Assembly: GCA_045632345.1 (NCBI GenBank) | Contig: JAZQWM010000018.1 | Coordinates: 201,194-265,193 of the forward strand | From: Eubacteriales bacterium | Lineage (GTDB): Bacteria; Bacillota; Clostridia; Oscillospirales; CAG-272 | DNA: 64,000 nt | Direction: 5' to 3' | Shown: positions 37,107 through 46,729 of the stretch, one piece after another | How positions within the stretch are numbered: the first letter of the stretch is position 1 | Layout: each line of letters starts with the position of its first letter | Program-made: the position numbers and the translations under genes | Notes under the pieces: generated by a model | What the model was told of the DNA's origin: nothing | The model's database searches: none | The model's input: only the letters and a program-made list of their open reading frames with translations

Positions 37107-38792
37107 TTAAAGTGATGAAATCATAGCATTGATACGGTCAATAACCCTATCATAGCCTAAAATTTGCATTGAGCTATACATATCAGGAGCATTCATTTTA
37201 CCTGAAATAGCAATTCTAATAAACATACTGATATCTGAAACGTTTCCTTTGTAAGCATCAGGATTTTGCTTATATGCCTTCATATCAGAAGCAAAGCCAA
37301 GCATGTCCGCAATGTCCTTGATTTTTTCAAACCAAACGTTCATGTCGTCATTAATATCAAAGGTTTTTGCAAATTCTTCAAGCGCAAGCTTAATGTCATT
37401 CTTAGAAAATTTTTCAGGATATTGATCCTTAATTTCAAAAAATCTATCATAGAAAAAGTCAACGTATCCCTTAACGTCAGTCCAAACAGCAATATCCTTT
37501 CTTGGATTTTTGCCACCACGACCAATTGAAAAAATTGACTTTGTATAATCAGGATTTGATGTTAATTCCTCATAAAGTTCTTTATCAAAATCCTTAGCCC
37601 ATTCACTTGATAGCTCATAAACCTTTTCTGCGGTCATTTTTGAGATTACATTCTTTGATACGTCATTAAGCTTAGCAAAATCAAAAAGGCAGCCAGATGT
37701 TGACATCTTTTTAATATTAAACGGGAAGCTTGTATATGGTTTGTCAGCGTTTTGCATATGCCATTCCTCATAGTTTGAGTTAAGTAAAGTCATTATATAT
37801 TCGCAAACCGCTTCTGGACAATATCCCATAGAAGTATAATCATCCATGTTTGCACCCATATCACGCTTAGATAGCTTCTTTTTGTTGCCGTTTTCGTCAA
37901 TTCGCATGATTTGAGCAATATGCATGTACTTAGGAAGCTTAAATCCAAGATATGAGAAAAGCTGTATGTGCTTTGCAAGGCTTGGCAACCACTCTTCGCC
38001 ACGAATAACGTGTGTTGTACCCATAAGATGATCATCAACAGCATGAGCAAAGTGATAAGTAGGAATGCCGTCGGATTTTAAAAGAACGAAATCTTCATCA
38101 TTTTCAGGAATTTCGATAGTTCCCTTAACTAAATCGGTAAATTTCATTTTTTTGTCCGGATCGCCATTTGCAAGAATTCTAAGAACAAAAGGATGACCTG
38201 CATCTAAATGTGATTTTACTTCGTCTAAAGTAAATTGACGTCTTGCTAACATCTCAGCCCGCTTAGCTTCTGCTTCAGCCAACCAGTCAGTGTTTTTGAT
38301 TTCCTCTTTCTTGTTTGTAGCTTGAAGCTCATTTAATTCTTCCTCAGTAGTAAAGCAAGGATATGCTTTTCCTTCCGCTACAAGCTTCTTAGCAAACACT
38401 TGATATATTGGTCCACGAAGGCTTTGCTTATAAGGACCGTATGCGCCTTTATCACTAATTTTACCGTTTTCGTCAAGAATTGCACCTTCATCGAAATATA
38501 CGCCGTATTTAGCTAAAGTTTTAATAAGTCCCTCAGCAGCACCTTCAACCTCACGTTTAGCGTCAGTATCCTCAATACGAAGGAAAAATACGCCATTTGA
38601 TTGATGAGCTAATCTTTCGCCAACGGTAGATGGAAAAAGTCCTCCAAAATGAACAAAACCTGTTGGGCTTGGAGCAAATCTTGTAACTTTTGCACCCTCT
38701 GGGAGCTGACGTGGCGGATATTTATTTTCTATATCCTCAACTGTCTCTGTAATGTGAGGAAATAGTAACTCAGCAAGATAATTATAATCCAT
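37107..38792 (-). CDS. gltX: glutamate--tRNA ligase (long clostridial type)
   Basis: RFAPSPTGFVHFGG (HIGH variant) and KLSKRD. GAGGTG RBS 4 nt before ATG 38792; the track start at 38813 would contain that RBS. Confidence 0.9.
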   Translation of the reverse strand: MDYNYLAELLFPHITETVEDIENKYPPRQLPEGAKVTRFAPSPTGFVHFGGLFPSTVGERLAHQSNGVFFLRIEDTDAKREVEGAAEGLIKTLAKYGVYFDEGAILDENGKISDKGAYGPYKQSLRGPIYQVFAKKLVAEGKAYPCFTTEEELNELQATNKKEEIKNTDWLAEAEAKRAEMLARRQFTLDEVKSHLDAGHPFVLRILANGDPDKKMKFTDLVKGTIEIPENDEDFVLLKSDGIPTYHFAHAVDDHLMGTTHVIRGEEWLPSLAKHIQLFSYLGFKLPKYMHIAQIMRIDENGNKKKLSKRDMGANMDDYTSMGYCPEAVCEYIMTLLNSNYEEWHMQNADKPYTSFPFNIKKMSTSGCLFDFAKLNDVSKNVISKMTAEKVYELSSEWAKDFDKELYEELTSNPDYTKSIFSIGRGGKNPRKDIAVWTDVKGYVDFFYDRFFEIKDQYPEKFSKNDIKLALEEFAKTFDINDDMNVWFEKIKDIADMLGFASDMKAYKQNPDAYKGNVSDISMFIRIAISGKMNAPDMYSSMQILGYDRVIDRINAMISSL

Positions 38793-38822
38793 ATTACACC
38801 TCAAATAATTCATTATTATGTA

Positions 38823-38851
38823 ATTATAACATGTAAATATAAAAATGTCTA
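38823..38851 (-). promoter_or_regulatory. probable promoter of gltX-glnS
   Basis: Reverse strand TAGACA (38851-38846), 17 nt, TGt-TATAAT (38828-38823). Confidence 0.5.
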
Positions 38852-38878
38852 TAACAATTTACATAATTTAGTTAAAAA

Positions 38879-39160
38879 TTATGGATTGCACCTTTTACAT
38901 GGAGCAATATCCCTTTCTACAAAGAATTGTTTACCATAAATTTCTCTTTTATTTTCTTCTTTCATGTTTTTGACAACATAACATGTCGGCAGATGATACG
39001 TACTTCCACCTTTACTCATTATGTATTTCTTCTGCGTCGTGTCAATTTCATATGTATTATCTTCAGTATCGCAGACAGATATGTCATATTTTTTGATTTC
39101 CAAGCAAGAGCTCAAAAACAAAACTAAAATTAAAACTAATATTACAATATTTTTCATCAT
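38879..39160 (-). CDS. small lipoprotein with C-terminal Ada-like zinc-knuckle motif
   Basis: Signal peptide plus lipobox (LFLSSC). C-terminus YHLPTC-x26-PCKRCNP resembles the E. coli Ada N-domain FCRPSC...PCKRCQP. Own promoter. Confidence 0.6.
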   Translation of the reverse strand: MMKNIVILVLILVLFLSSCLEIKKYDISVCDTEDNTYEIDTTQKKYIMSKGGSTYHLPTCYVVKNMKEENKREIYGKQFFVERDIAPCKRCNP

Positions 39161-39187
39161 CGACTCACAAAAAACTTAATATGTAAG

Positions 39188-39216
39188 ATTGTACTACATC
39201 ATTTAATCTTTGTCAA
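39188..39216 (-). promoter_or_regulatory. sigma-A-type promoter of the small lipoprotein gene
   Basis: Reverse strand TTGACA (39216-39211), 17 nt, TACAAT (39193-39188). Confidence 0.6.
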
Positions 39217-39243
39217 CAAATTTAATGATAATATTTCATCCTT

Positions 39244-39655
39244 TTACAAATATCCTAAAAGCTCATGCTTTTGAGGTGTTGACTCCTTAATGAGCTTTGA
39301 TGCCTCACGGTACATTTCATCAAGTGCCAGGAATATATCCGCCTCATTTATAGCATCTATTCTTATGCCGGGAATAAGCTCCTTAAGCTCCATTTTCATT
39401 TTGTCGGCAGTAACACCGAGCTCTCCCTCTTTTCTTGCCCACATAGCATATACGGAAGTGTCCTTATCGTACTTCGCCTTAATTTCGCCCTTAAACGGTA
39501 TTTGCATTTTCACATTCACCAAGAACAGCATCCTCTCTTGCTTCATCATCTAATGCATACGCTTCATCAAACTCCTTTTGATACTTAACGTTATTGCTAT
39601 CAATTTCATCAATAATAGCCTTGTAACCGTCAATCGTCTTAAAAAATTTTACACT
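39244..39655 (-). pseudogene. probable remnant of an unknown gene (two overlapping frames)
   Basis: A 54-codon open stretch (39655-39491, SVKFFKTIDGYKAIIDEIDSNNVKYQKEFDEAYALDDEAREDAVLGECENANTV) has no ATG/GTG/TTG. It begins 21 nt after the GH13 terminator. It overlaps the 101-codon track ORF (39549-39244) in another frame. No promoter seen; locally G+C-rich. Confidence 0.4.
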
Positions 39656-39676
39656 TTAAGCATAAAATAAATCAAA

Positions 39677-39703
39677 AACCTCGCAAGATATTCTTGCGAG
39701 GTT
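39677..39703 (-). terminator. terminator of glgP and the GH13 gene
   Basis: Reverse strand AACCTCGCAAGA-ata-TCTTGCGAGGTT, then TTTGATTTATTTTATG. Overlaps the stop codon. Confidence 0.7.
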
Positions 39704-41595
39704 TATATGAACTCTATGTTTAAGTTTTCGTAGTTGCCAGTGCATTTAAGAATGATAGCGGAATTAGGCGATATAGTATGAACTGCTCTATTTGTCTCGA
39801 TGTTTTTTAAATTCATATTTGAATCTACGTGTAGCTTTTGATTGCTCCTGTTTACAACAGTTAATACAAATTCATTTTCATTGTAACGCGCAAAAGACAT
39901 AATATCCTTAGTGCATTCAACCATGTCAAAATATCCATTTCTGTAAAGAGGCTCGTTTATTCTTATTTTACCAATTCGCTTGTAATGGTTAAGGATATCC
40001 TGATCCTCTTTCCCCCATGGATACGGTAATCTGTTAAACGGATCACGATATCCTTCCATGCCGGCTTCATCGCCGTAGTAGATACACGGAACACCAGGAA
40101 CAGTTGCTAAAATCGTGTAAGCAATTTTAAGCATTTCTACTGCCTTTTTTCTTTGAGACACAGACATTTTCTTTGTAGAAAGCTCTTCATTTGAATAGCC
40201 TTCACTATTTTCTCCACCTAAAACCGTTAGGATTCTTTCTGTATCGTGCGTACCTAAAACGTTCATAAGAACGTCAGCGTTTTCCTTTGGATAATGTGAT
40301 GTTAAAGTGCGGCAAGTTTCCGAAAAAAGCTCAGCATTTCCATACTTAATATACTCAATAACCGCCTCTCTAAACGGATAATTCATTACAGAATCAAGCT
40401 CATTTCCCATAAAATAGTTTTTTCTTGTTCCGTAAGCCACTTTATTTGACGCATCTTCCCAAACCTCACCGTAAATTATACCATGAGGATTTATCTCTTT
40501 AAGCTTTTTATTTAAAATTCTTAAAAATTCATCACTTAATTCATCTGCGACGTCAAGACGGAAACCATCAATGCCTTTACTCATCCATTTTTCAATCACA
40601 CCACCACTGCCTAAAATAAAATCACGGTAGCTTTTTGTGTCGCTTTTTACTCTTGGTAGAATTTTAACATCCCACCAGCATTCGTAATCATTAGGATACT
40701 CTCTGAAATTATACCATTCATAATATTGTGAACTCTTAGATTGATATGCGCCAACTGAGTCATAATTTCCAAACTTATTAAAATAAATACTGTCAGCTCC
40801 CGTATGATTAAATACGCCGTCTAATATTATGTGCATGTCTCTGCTTTTAGCTTCTTTAATAAGCTCTTCAAAAGCTTCTTCAGAGCCAAACATTGAATCA
40901 ATTGACATATAGTCTGAAGTATCGTACTTATGGTTGGAATATGCCTCAAAAATCGGACTAAGATATAAACAATTTACACCCAGAGACTTAATATAGTCTA
41001 ATTTTTCAATAATGCCGTAAATATCCCCACCAAAGAACATATTATTTTCTACGTAACCGCCGGGAACGTTAGCATATTGAGGTATTCCGTTATACCAATC
41101 ATCATTCATAATAGCAGTTGGTTTGGGTAAACATTTTCCGCTTCTTTTAAACCTATCCACGAAAATATGATACATAATACCGCCTTTTATCCATTCAGGC
41201 TTATTATCTGTGTCTAAATGAATTAAAAGCTGTATTAAACCGTCATTACTATTATCTTTAATTTCTTTAAGCTCTGTGCCTTTTTCTCCGCTACCATAAA
41301 AAGCTACTTTGTCAGATTTAACCTCATACTTATAGTAATAAAGTCCGATACCAACGTCTGACATATTAAGCTCAATGGAATATACGTCGTATTTTCCATT
41401 TATAGCTTCCCACTTTAAATCGTAGGATTTGTACGTCTTATTTTCAATACCTTCTCCAAAAAGATGCATGCGTACATGTGTTGCACCGCATTCTCTTGGA
41501 ATAGATAGCTTGAATTTTACAGCTGCGTTTACTAAAAAAGCACCTAATGATGATACGTCTCTGTTTTTTAAATACTTTTTTTCGTAAAGATTCAT
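39703..41595 (-). CDS. GH13 alpha-glucan hydrolase (neopullulanase / maltogenic-amylase-like)
   Basis: GH13 conserved regions DGVFNH, GFRLDVADE (nucleophile), EVWED (acid/base), LGTHDTER. N-terminal beta-sandwich domain; 3 nt downstream of glgP. Confidence 0.85.
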   Translation of the reverse strand: MNLYEKKYLKNRDVSSLGAFLVNAAVKFKLSIPRECGATHVRMHLFGEGIENKTYKSYDLKWEAINGKYDVYSIELNMSDVGIGLYYYKYEVKSDKVAFYGSGEKGTELKEIKDNSNDGLIQLLIHLDTDNKPEWIKGGIMYHIFVDRFKRSGKCLPKPTAIMNDDWYNGIPQYANVPGGYVENNMFFGGDIYGIIEKLDYIKSLGVNCLYLSPIFEAYSNHKYDTSDYMSIDSMFGSEEAFEELIKEAKSRDMHIILDGVFNHTGADSIYFNKFGNYDSVGAYQSKSSQYYEWYNFREYPNDYECWWDVKILPRVKSDTKSYRDFILGSGGVIEKWMSKGIDGFRLDVADELSDEFLRILNKKLKEINPHGIIYGEVWEDASNKVAYGTRKNYFMGNELDSVMNYPFREAVIEYIKYGNAELFSETCRTLTSHYPKENADVLMNVLGTHDTERILTVLGGENSEGYSNEELSTKKMSVSQRKKAVEMLKIAYTILATVPGVPCIYYGDEAGMEGYRDPFNRLPYPWGKEDQDILNHYKRIGKIRINEPLYRNGYFDMVECTKDIMSFARYNENEFVLTVVNRSNQKLHVDSNMNLKNIETNRAVHTISPNSAIILKCTGNYENLNIEFI

Positions 41596-41598
41596 TTT

Positions 41599-44022
41599 TT
41601 ACTTTACACTCTTTAAATGCCAAATGTTATCCGCATACTCTTTAATGCTTCTGTCAGCAGCAAAGAAGCCCGATTTAGCAATATTGATAAGAGACATTTT
41701 TCCCCATTGTTCTTTGTTGTTGTATGCCTTGAATATTTCTTCGGATTTAATGTAGTATGAATCAAAGTCAGCAAGGCACATATATGGGTCAGATACAACC
41801 CCAAAACCGCCAATTAAATAATTTGCAATATTAGCAAAAGATACATCGTTAAAGCCTTTGTTTAGGCGCTCTATTGCCTTCTTTATACGTGTACTGTTGT
41901 TGTAGTAATCAATAGAACGATAGCCCTTTTCCCATAGCTCGTCAACTTCTTTGGCTGTAAGTCCAAAAATGAAGATATTATCATCGCCAACAGCTTCTCT
42001 CATTTCAACGTTTGCGCCATCAAGAGTACCGATTGTCAATGCTCCGTTCATCATAAACTTCATACAACCTGTACCGCTTGCTTCCTTACCTGCAAGTGAT
42101 ATCTGTTCACTAATATCGGAAGCAGGCATAAGCACCTCTGCTGTGCTAACATTATAATCCTCAAGATATACAACGGAAAGCTTATCCTTAACCTTAGGAT
42201 TTTTTCGAATATCCTCACTTAAATTCCAAATAAGCTTAATAATATCCTTGGCCATATAATATCCAGGGGCAGCTTTTCCACCGAAAATAAACGTTTTCTT
42301 GGTTACGTCCTTCTCTGGATTTTCCTCAAGCTCAACGTAATAAGCAATGATTTTAAGAGCGTTTAGAAGCTGACGCTTATACTCATGCATTCTCTTAACT
42401 TGAACGTCAAAAACAGATGACGTATCAAGAGAAATACCCGTCTTATTAAATACATGCTTTGAAAGTCTTAACTTGTTCTGCTCTTTAATTTCTGCAAGAC
42501 GCTTATAAATCGTTTTGTCGTCCGAATATTTAAGTAGTTTTTCAAGCTCCTGTGGGTTAGTTAAAAAGCCATCGCCAATACATTCTTTAATTAAATTTGA
42601 AAGCTCTGGATTTGAATAGCATAGCCATCTTCTATGAGCAATACCATTTGTTACGTTAGTAAATTTTGATGGATTTTCTTTATAAAAATCATGGAAAACA
42701 GTCTTTTTAAGAATATCTGAGTGGAGTTTTGATACACCGTTAACCGTATGTGAAGCAACAACACTTAAATTTGCCATTCTAACCTGAGAATAAGCAATTA
42801 TTGACATCTTGGAAATTCTATCCCAATCTCCTGGATTAGCTTTCCATAGATCTTCACAAAGTCTTCTGTTGATTTCCTTAACGATAGAATGTATTCTTGG
42901 AAGCTTAAAGCTAAACAAATCCTCATTCCAGCATTCAAGCGCCTCAGGCATTACTGTGTGATTAGTATAAGAAACTACCTTTCTAACAACGTTCCATGCA
43001 TCATCCCAATTATAATTGTAAATATCCATAAGGATTCTCATAAGCTCAGGTACACAGAGTGCAGGATGAGTGTCGTTAATATGGATAGCTACTTTATCGG
43101 CAAAATTAGAGAGGGTGCCGTATGCGCCAATATGGTCGCTTATAATGCTTTGAAGTGAAGCGGATACCAAGAAATATTGCTGACTTAAACGAAGCAATTT
43201 TCCCTCTGTATGGTCATCAGAAGGATACAAAACCTTAGAGATAACCTCTGCGCTCGTTGTTTGTTGAATAGCCTTAACGTATTGTCCCTGTGAGAATAAG
43301 CTCATGTTAAAGTTGGTTACGTCATGTGCTTTCCAAAGGCGAAGTCTATTAACGGCAGAATCAGCTCCAGAAATCATCATATCATAAGGAACCGCTTCAA
43401 CCTCTTCATAGTTTTCATATTTTATTGTAAGACGGTCATTTTGCCATTCTTCCTTTATCTGACCGCCAAAGCGTACCATAAACTTTTTGTCAGTTCTTGG
43501 AACTAGCCAGCTGTCTCCACCAGGAAGCCAAGTATCAGGCAATTCTACTTGATTTCCGTCTATAATTCTTTGCTTAAATAAACCGTATTCATAAAGGATT
43601 GAAAATCCATCTCCAGGATAATTAAGAGACGTTAACGAATCCATAAAGCAAGCAGCCAATCTACCAAGACCACCATTGCCGAGACCTGGATCTGGCTCCA
43701 TTTCATATATTTCATTTATATCATAGCCTAAATCCATTAAAACGCTTGAAAATTCATCTGCAATTCCCAAATTGCGTAAATTATTTTTAAGGGAACGACC
43801 AATTAAGAATTCCATGCAAAGATAATATATTTTCTTTGCTTGCGCATTCTTTACTTGGTGTCTGAATACAGATCTTTTTTGAGTTAAAATGTCCTTAACA
43901 GTAAGAATTGTTGCTTTGTAAACCTGTTCCTTGTTAGCGTCCTCTGGATTAACACCAAAGTATCTTGAAAGCTTAATTCCTAGTGCTTCTTTTAAAGTTT
44001 CTTTTGTAAATTTTTCGTTCAT
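41599..44022 (-). CDS. glgP: glycogen/maltodextrin phosphorylase
   Basis: 807 aa GT35; EASGTGCMKFMMNGALTIGTLDGANVE pyridoxal-phosphate Lys region. Confidence 0.95.
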   Translation of the reverse strand: MNEKFTKETLKEALGIKLSRYFGVNPEDANKEQVYKATILTVKDILTQKRSVFRHQVKNAQAKKIYYLCMEFLIGRSLKNNLRNLGIADEFSSVLMDLGYDINEIYEMEPDPGLGNGGLGRLAACFMDSLTSLNYPGDGFSILYEYGLFKQRIIDGNQVELPDTWLPGGDSWLVPRTDKKFMVRFGGQIKEEWQNDRLTIKYENYEEVEAVPYDMMISGADSAVNRLRLWKAHDVTNFNMSLFSQGQYVKAIQQTTSAEVISKVLYPSDDHTEGKLLRLSQQYFLVSASLQSIISDHIGAYGTLSNFADKVAIHINDTHPALCVPELMRILMDIYNYNWDDAWNVVRKVVSYTNHTVMPEALECWNEDLFSFKLPRIHSIVKEINRRLCEDLWKANPGDWDRISKMSIIAYSQVRMANLSVVASHTVNGVSKLHSDILKKTVFHDFYKENPSKFTNVTNGIAHRRWLCYSNPELSNLIKECIGDGFLTNPQELEKLLKYSDDKTIYKRLAEIKEQNKLRLSKHVFNKTGISLDTSSVFDVQVKRMHEYKRQLLNALKIIAYYVELEENPEKDVTKKTFIFGGKAAPGYYMAKDIIKLIWNLSEDIRKNPKVKDKLSVVYLEDYNVSTAEVLMPASDISEQISLAGKEASGTGCMKFMMNGALTIGTLDGANVEMREAVGDDNIFIFGLTAKEVDELWEKGYRSIDYYNNSTRIKKAIERLNKGFNDVSFANIANYLIGGFGVVSDPYMCLADFDSYYIKSEEIFKAYNNKEQWGKMSLINIAKSGFFAADRSIKEYADNIWHLKSVK

Positions 44023-44085
44023 TTATTGTGTACTCCTTCAGCCGTTCACTTTTATAATAAACGGTGGCTTTTGTGAAAAAATTTG

Positions 44086-44117
44086 ATAAACTGTCCTGAA
44101 AAAACAGGACAGTTTAT
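44086..44117 (-). terminator. terminator/attenuator between glgA and glgP
   Basis: Reverse strand ATAAACTGTCCTG-TTTTTT-CAGGACAGTTTAT, then CAAATTTTTTC. Confidence 0.6.
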
Positions 44118-44120
44118 GTT

Positions 44121-45557
44121 TTAATACTCATCTGCTAATTCATTGTAAAGTGCAATATACTTACTTGCTGATGCATTCCAAGAAAAATCAGTATCCATTG
44201 CTTTTTTGCAAAGTGTGTTCCATTTTTCCTTTTCATCAAATAAATCTACAGCTCTTTCAACAGCATCCTTCATTTCATGGGCATTATAATTTGCAAAGGT
44301 AAATCCATTTCCTTCGCCTGTGTATTTATTATACCCTTGTATCGTGTCATATAATCCACCTGTTTCTCTAACGACAGGAATTGTTCCATATGCAGAGCAA
44401 ATCATCTGTGCAAGTCCGCACGGTTCGCTCTTTGATGGCATCAAGAATATATCGGAGCCTGCATAAATTTTCTTAGATAAATCCTTATTAAATTCAAGGA
44501 AAACTTTAATTTTATCAGGATATTTATACTGAATAGTTCTAAAATATTCTTCAATTTCATGCTCTCCTGTACCTAAAAGAACAAATTGAATATTCATTTT
44601 AAGCATTTCTGGCAAAATAAATTGAACTAAATCAAATCCCTTGTGAGAAGCAAGTCTTGAAATCATTGAAACCACAGGAATATCCGGATTTTGTTCAAGA
44701 CCGCACATTTCCTGTAATGCTCTTTTACATTCCGCTTTACCGGACATATCCTTTGAAGTATATTTCTTAGCTATTACGAAATCGTTCTTTGGATTATAGT
44801 ACTGTGTATCAATGCCATTAACGATACCAGTAAGCTTACTTCCGTATAAGTTAAGTACGTAATGTAAACCGCTTGAATAAAATTCAGTTTTGATTTCATC
44901 AGCATATCTTTGGCTAACAGTAGATATTTTATCCGTACAAACAAGCGCTCCCTTTGTTAAGTTGATGCAACCGTTATACTCAACTGTTTCTCTGTCGCCA
45001 AAGGAATCAAGACCAAAAACATCTCCCAAAATCGCCATTGAAAATATGCCTTGATAATCAATGTTATGGATTGTGTATATCGTTTTAATGTCGCGATAGT
45101 ATGGCTGTAAATAGTATTTTCTCTTTAAATAAATTACAGACATAGCGCTTTGCCAGTCATTTGTATGCATAATATCAGGATAGAAATCCACAACAGGCAT
45201 TATATCAAGAACAGCCTTGCCAAAAAATGCAAATCTCTCCGCATCATCATATTCGCCATATATCATTTCTCTGTTGAAATAGTACTCATTATCAATGAAA
45301 TAGTAAGTTACGCCATCATTGATAATCTTGTAAATACCGCAATATTGGTTTCTCCACGCTAATGATACTATTGTTTTATCAACGAATTCAAGCTCGTTTG
45401 CGAATTTTTCCTTTGTTTTTTTATAAAGAGGTAATACAACTCTAACGTCCATACCCTTTTTCTTAGCTAATGCTTGAGGTAATGAGCCTAAAACGTCTCC
45501 AAGTCCACCGGTTGAAATATAAGGGACTGCCTCCGCACCTACAAATAAAATTTTCAT
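44121..45557 (-). CDS. glgA: glycogen synthase
   Basis: MKILFVGAEAVPYISTGGLGDV start motif, GT5 family length, C-terminal SKSEPCGLAQM. Confidence 0.93.
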   Translation of the reverse strand: MKILFVGAEAVPYISTGGLGDVLGSLPQALAKKKGMDVRVVLPLYKKTKEKFANELEFVDKTIVSLAWRNQYCGIYKIINDGVTYYFIDNEYYFNREMIYGEYDDAERFAFFGKAVLDIMPVVDFYPDIMHTNDWQSAMSVIYLKRKYYLQPYYRDIKTIYTIHNIDYQGIFSMAILGDVFGLDSFGDRETVEYNGCINLTKGALVCTDKISTVSQRYADEIKTEFYSSGLHYVLNLYGSKLTGIVNGIDTQYYNPKNDFVIAKKYTSKDMSGKAECKRALQEMCGLEQNPDIPVVSMISRLASHKGFDLVQFILPEMLKMNIQFVLLGTGEHEIEEYFRTIQYKYPDKIKVFLEFNKDLSKKIYAGSDIFLMPSKSEPCGLAQMICSAYGTIPVVRETGGLYDTIQGYNKYTGEGNGFTFANYNAHEMKDAVERAVDLFDEKEKWNTLCKKAMDTDFSWNASASKYIALYNELADEY

Positions 45558-45583
45558 AATAACACTCCGTTAAATTCGTTGAA

Positions 45584-46717
45584 TTAAATCATTTTACCCT
45601 TTGCAAGATAGAAAGGAAGCGATTCATCTCCTGAAAGGTTCTTATTATCTCTGATAACAACGTTTTTATCAGCAATTACACAATTAAGCTTAACGTTTTC
45701 GCCTGTAAAGGTATCTTGGAATAAAATACAATTTTTAACAACCGTTCCCTTTCCAATCTTAGTACCTCTAAAGATAATTGAATTTTCTACCTCTCCGTAA
45801 ATTTCACAACCGTCAGCAATTAGAGAATTTTTAACCTTTGCGTCAGGGCTATAATAAGTTGGAGCTGAATTTCTTACCTTTGTATAAATAGGTCTATTTT
45901 TTATACCGAATAATTGTTCTCTTACCGTTTTGTCCTTTATAAGCTCCATATTTGATTTATAGTAATCTTCAGAAGATGAAATACATGCAAAATATCCATC
46001 ATATCTGTAAATACGGAAGTTTTTACGGTTAACGTTTTTGAGCATAATATCCTTAGTTAAGCTGTTATAGTTATGAGCGATAGCATCAAGCACAATTTCC
46101 TGTAAATAGTGTCTGCTCATAACCATAATGTTAAGATTTATATCAGCTTCGCCGGCAAAATTAGTTGGATATGCTTGAACGTCAAATATTCTTCCGTTAT
46201 CATCAGAATCAAAAAGCACGTTCATTTTTGCTTGCTCTTTTGTTAATTTAACTTTTTTTACAGCGATTGTAATATCTGCATCATTTTCAATATGATTTTT
46301 TATCATGTCATTTAAGTCAATATTACAAATTACATCACAGTCGGATAATACAACGTAATCATCAGGAATTTTGCTAATTGAATGACTAACGCTCTTTAAC
46401 GCATCAAGTCTTGTGGTATATAAAGAGTTTTCATAATTAGCGTATGCGGTAATAAATGGTGGTAAAATTTTAATACCGCCTGCTCTTCTTGCTAAATCCC
46501 AGTCCTTACCAGATCCAAGATGGTCCATAAGAGACTGATAATTATAGTGAGTAATAACGCTGATATTGTTTATGTTAGAGTTTACCATATTTGACAAAGC
46601 GAAGTCAATAAGTCTGTATCTGCAGCCGAACGGAACAGATGCCATTGTTCTGTTGCGTGTAAGCTCCGGTATATTATTATCATGTATATTTGAAAAAATT
46701 ATTCCTGCTGCTGACAT
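45584..46717 (-). CDS. glgD: glucose-1-phosphate adenylyltransferase, GlgD subunit
   Basis: GlgC paralog lacking the GGxGxRL motif. Left-handed beta-helix C-terminus; sits between glgC and glgA as in Bacillus. Confidence 0.85.
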   Translation of the reverse strand: MSAAGIIFSNIHDNNIPELTRNRTMASVPFGCRYRLIDFALSNMVNSNINNISVITHYNYQSLMDHLGSGKDWDLARRAGGIKILPPFITAYANYENSLYTTRLDALKSVSHSISKIPDDYVVLSDCDVICNIDLNDMIKNHIENDADITIAVKKVKLTKEQAKMNVLFDSDDNGRIFDVQAYPTNFAGEADINLNIMVMSRHYLQEIVLDAIAHNYNSLTKDIMLKNVNRKNFRIYRYDGYFACISSSEDYYKSNMELIKDKTVREQLFGIKNRPIYTKVRNSAPTYYSPDAKVKNSLIADGCEIYGEVENSIIFRGTKIGKGTVVKNCILFQDTFTGENVKLNCVIADKNVVIRDNKNLSGDESLPFYLAKGKMI

Positions 46718-46729
46718 ATTATATCCTCC

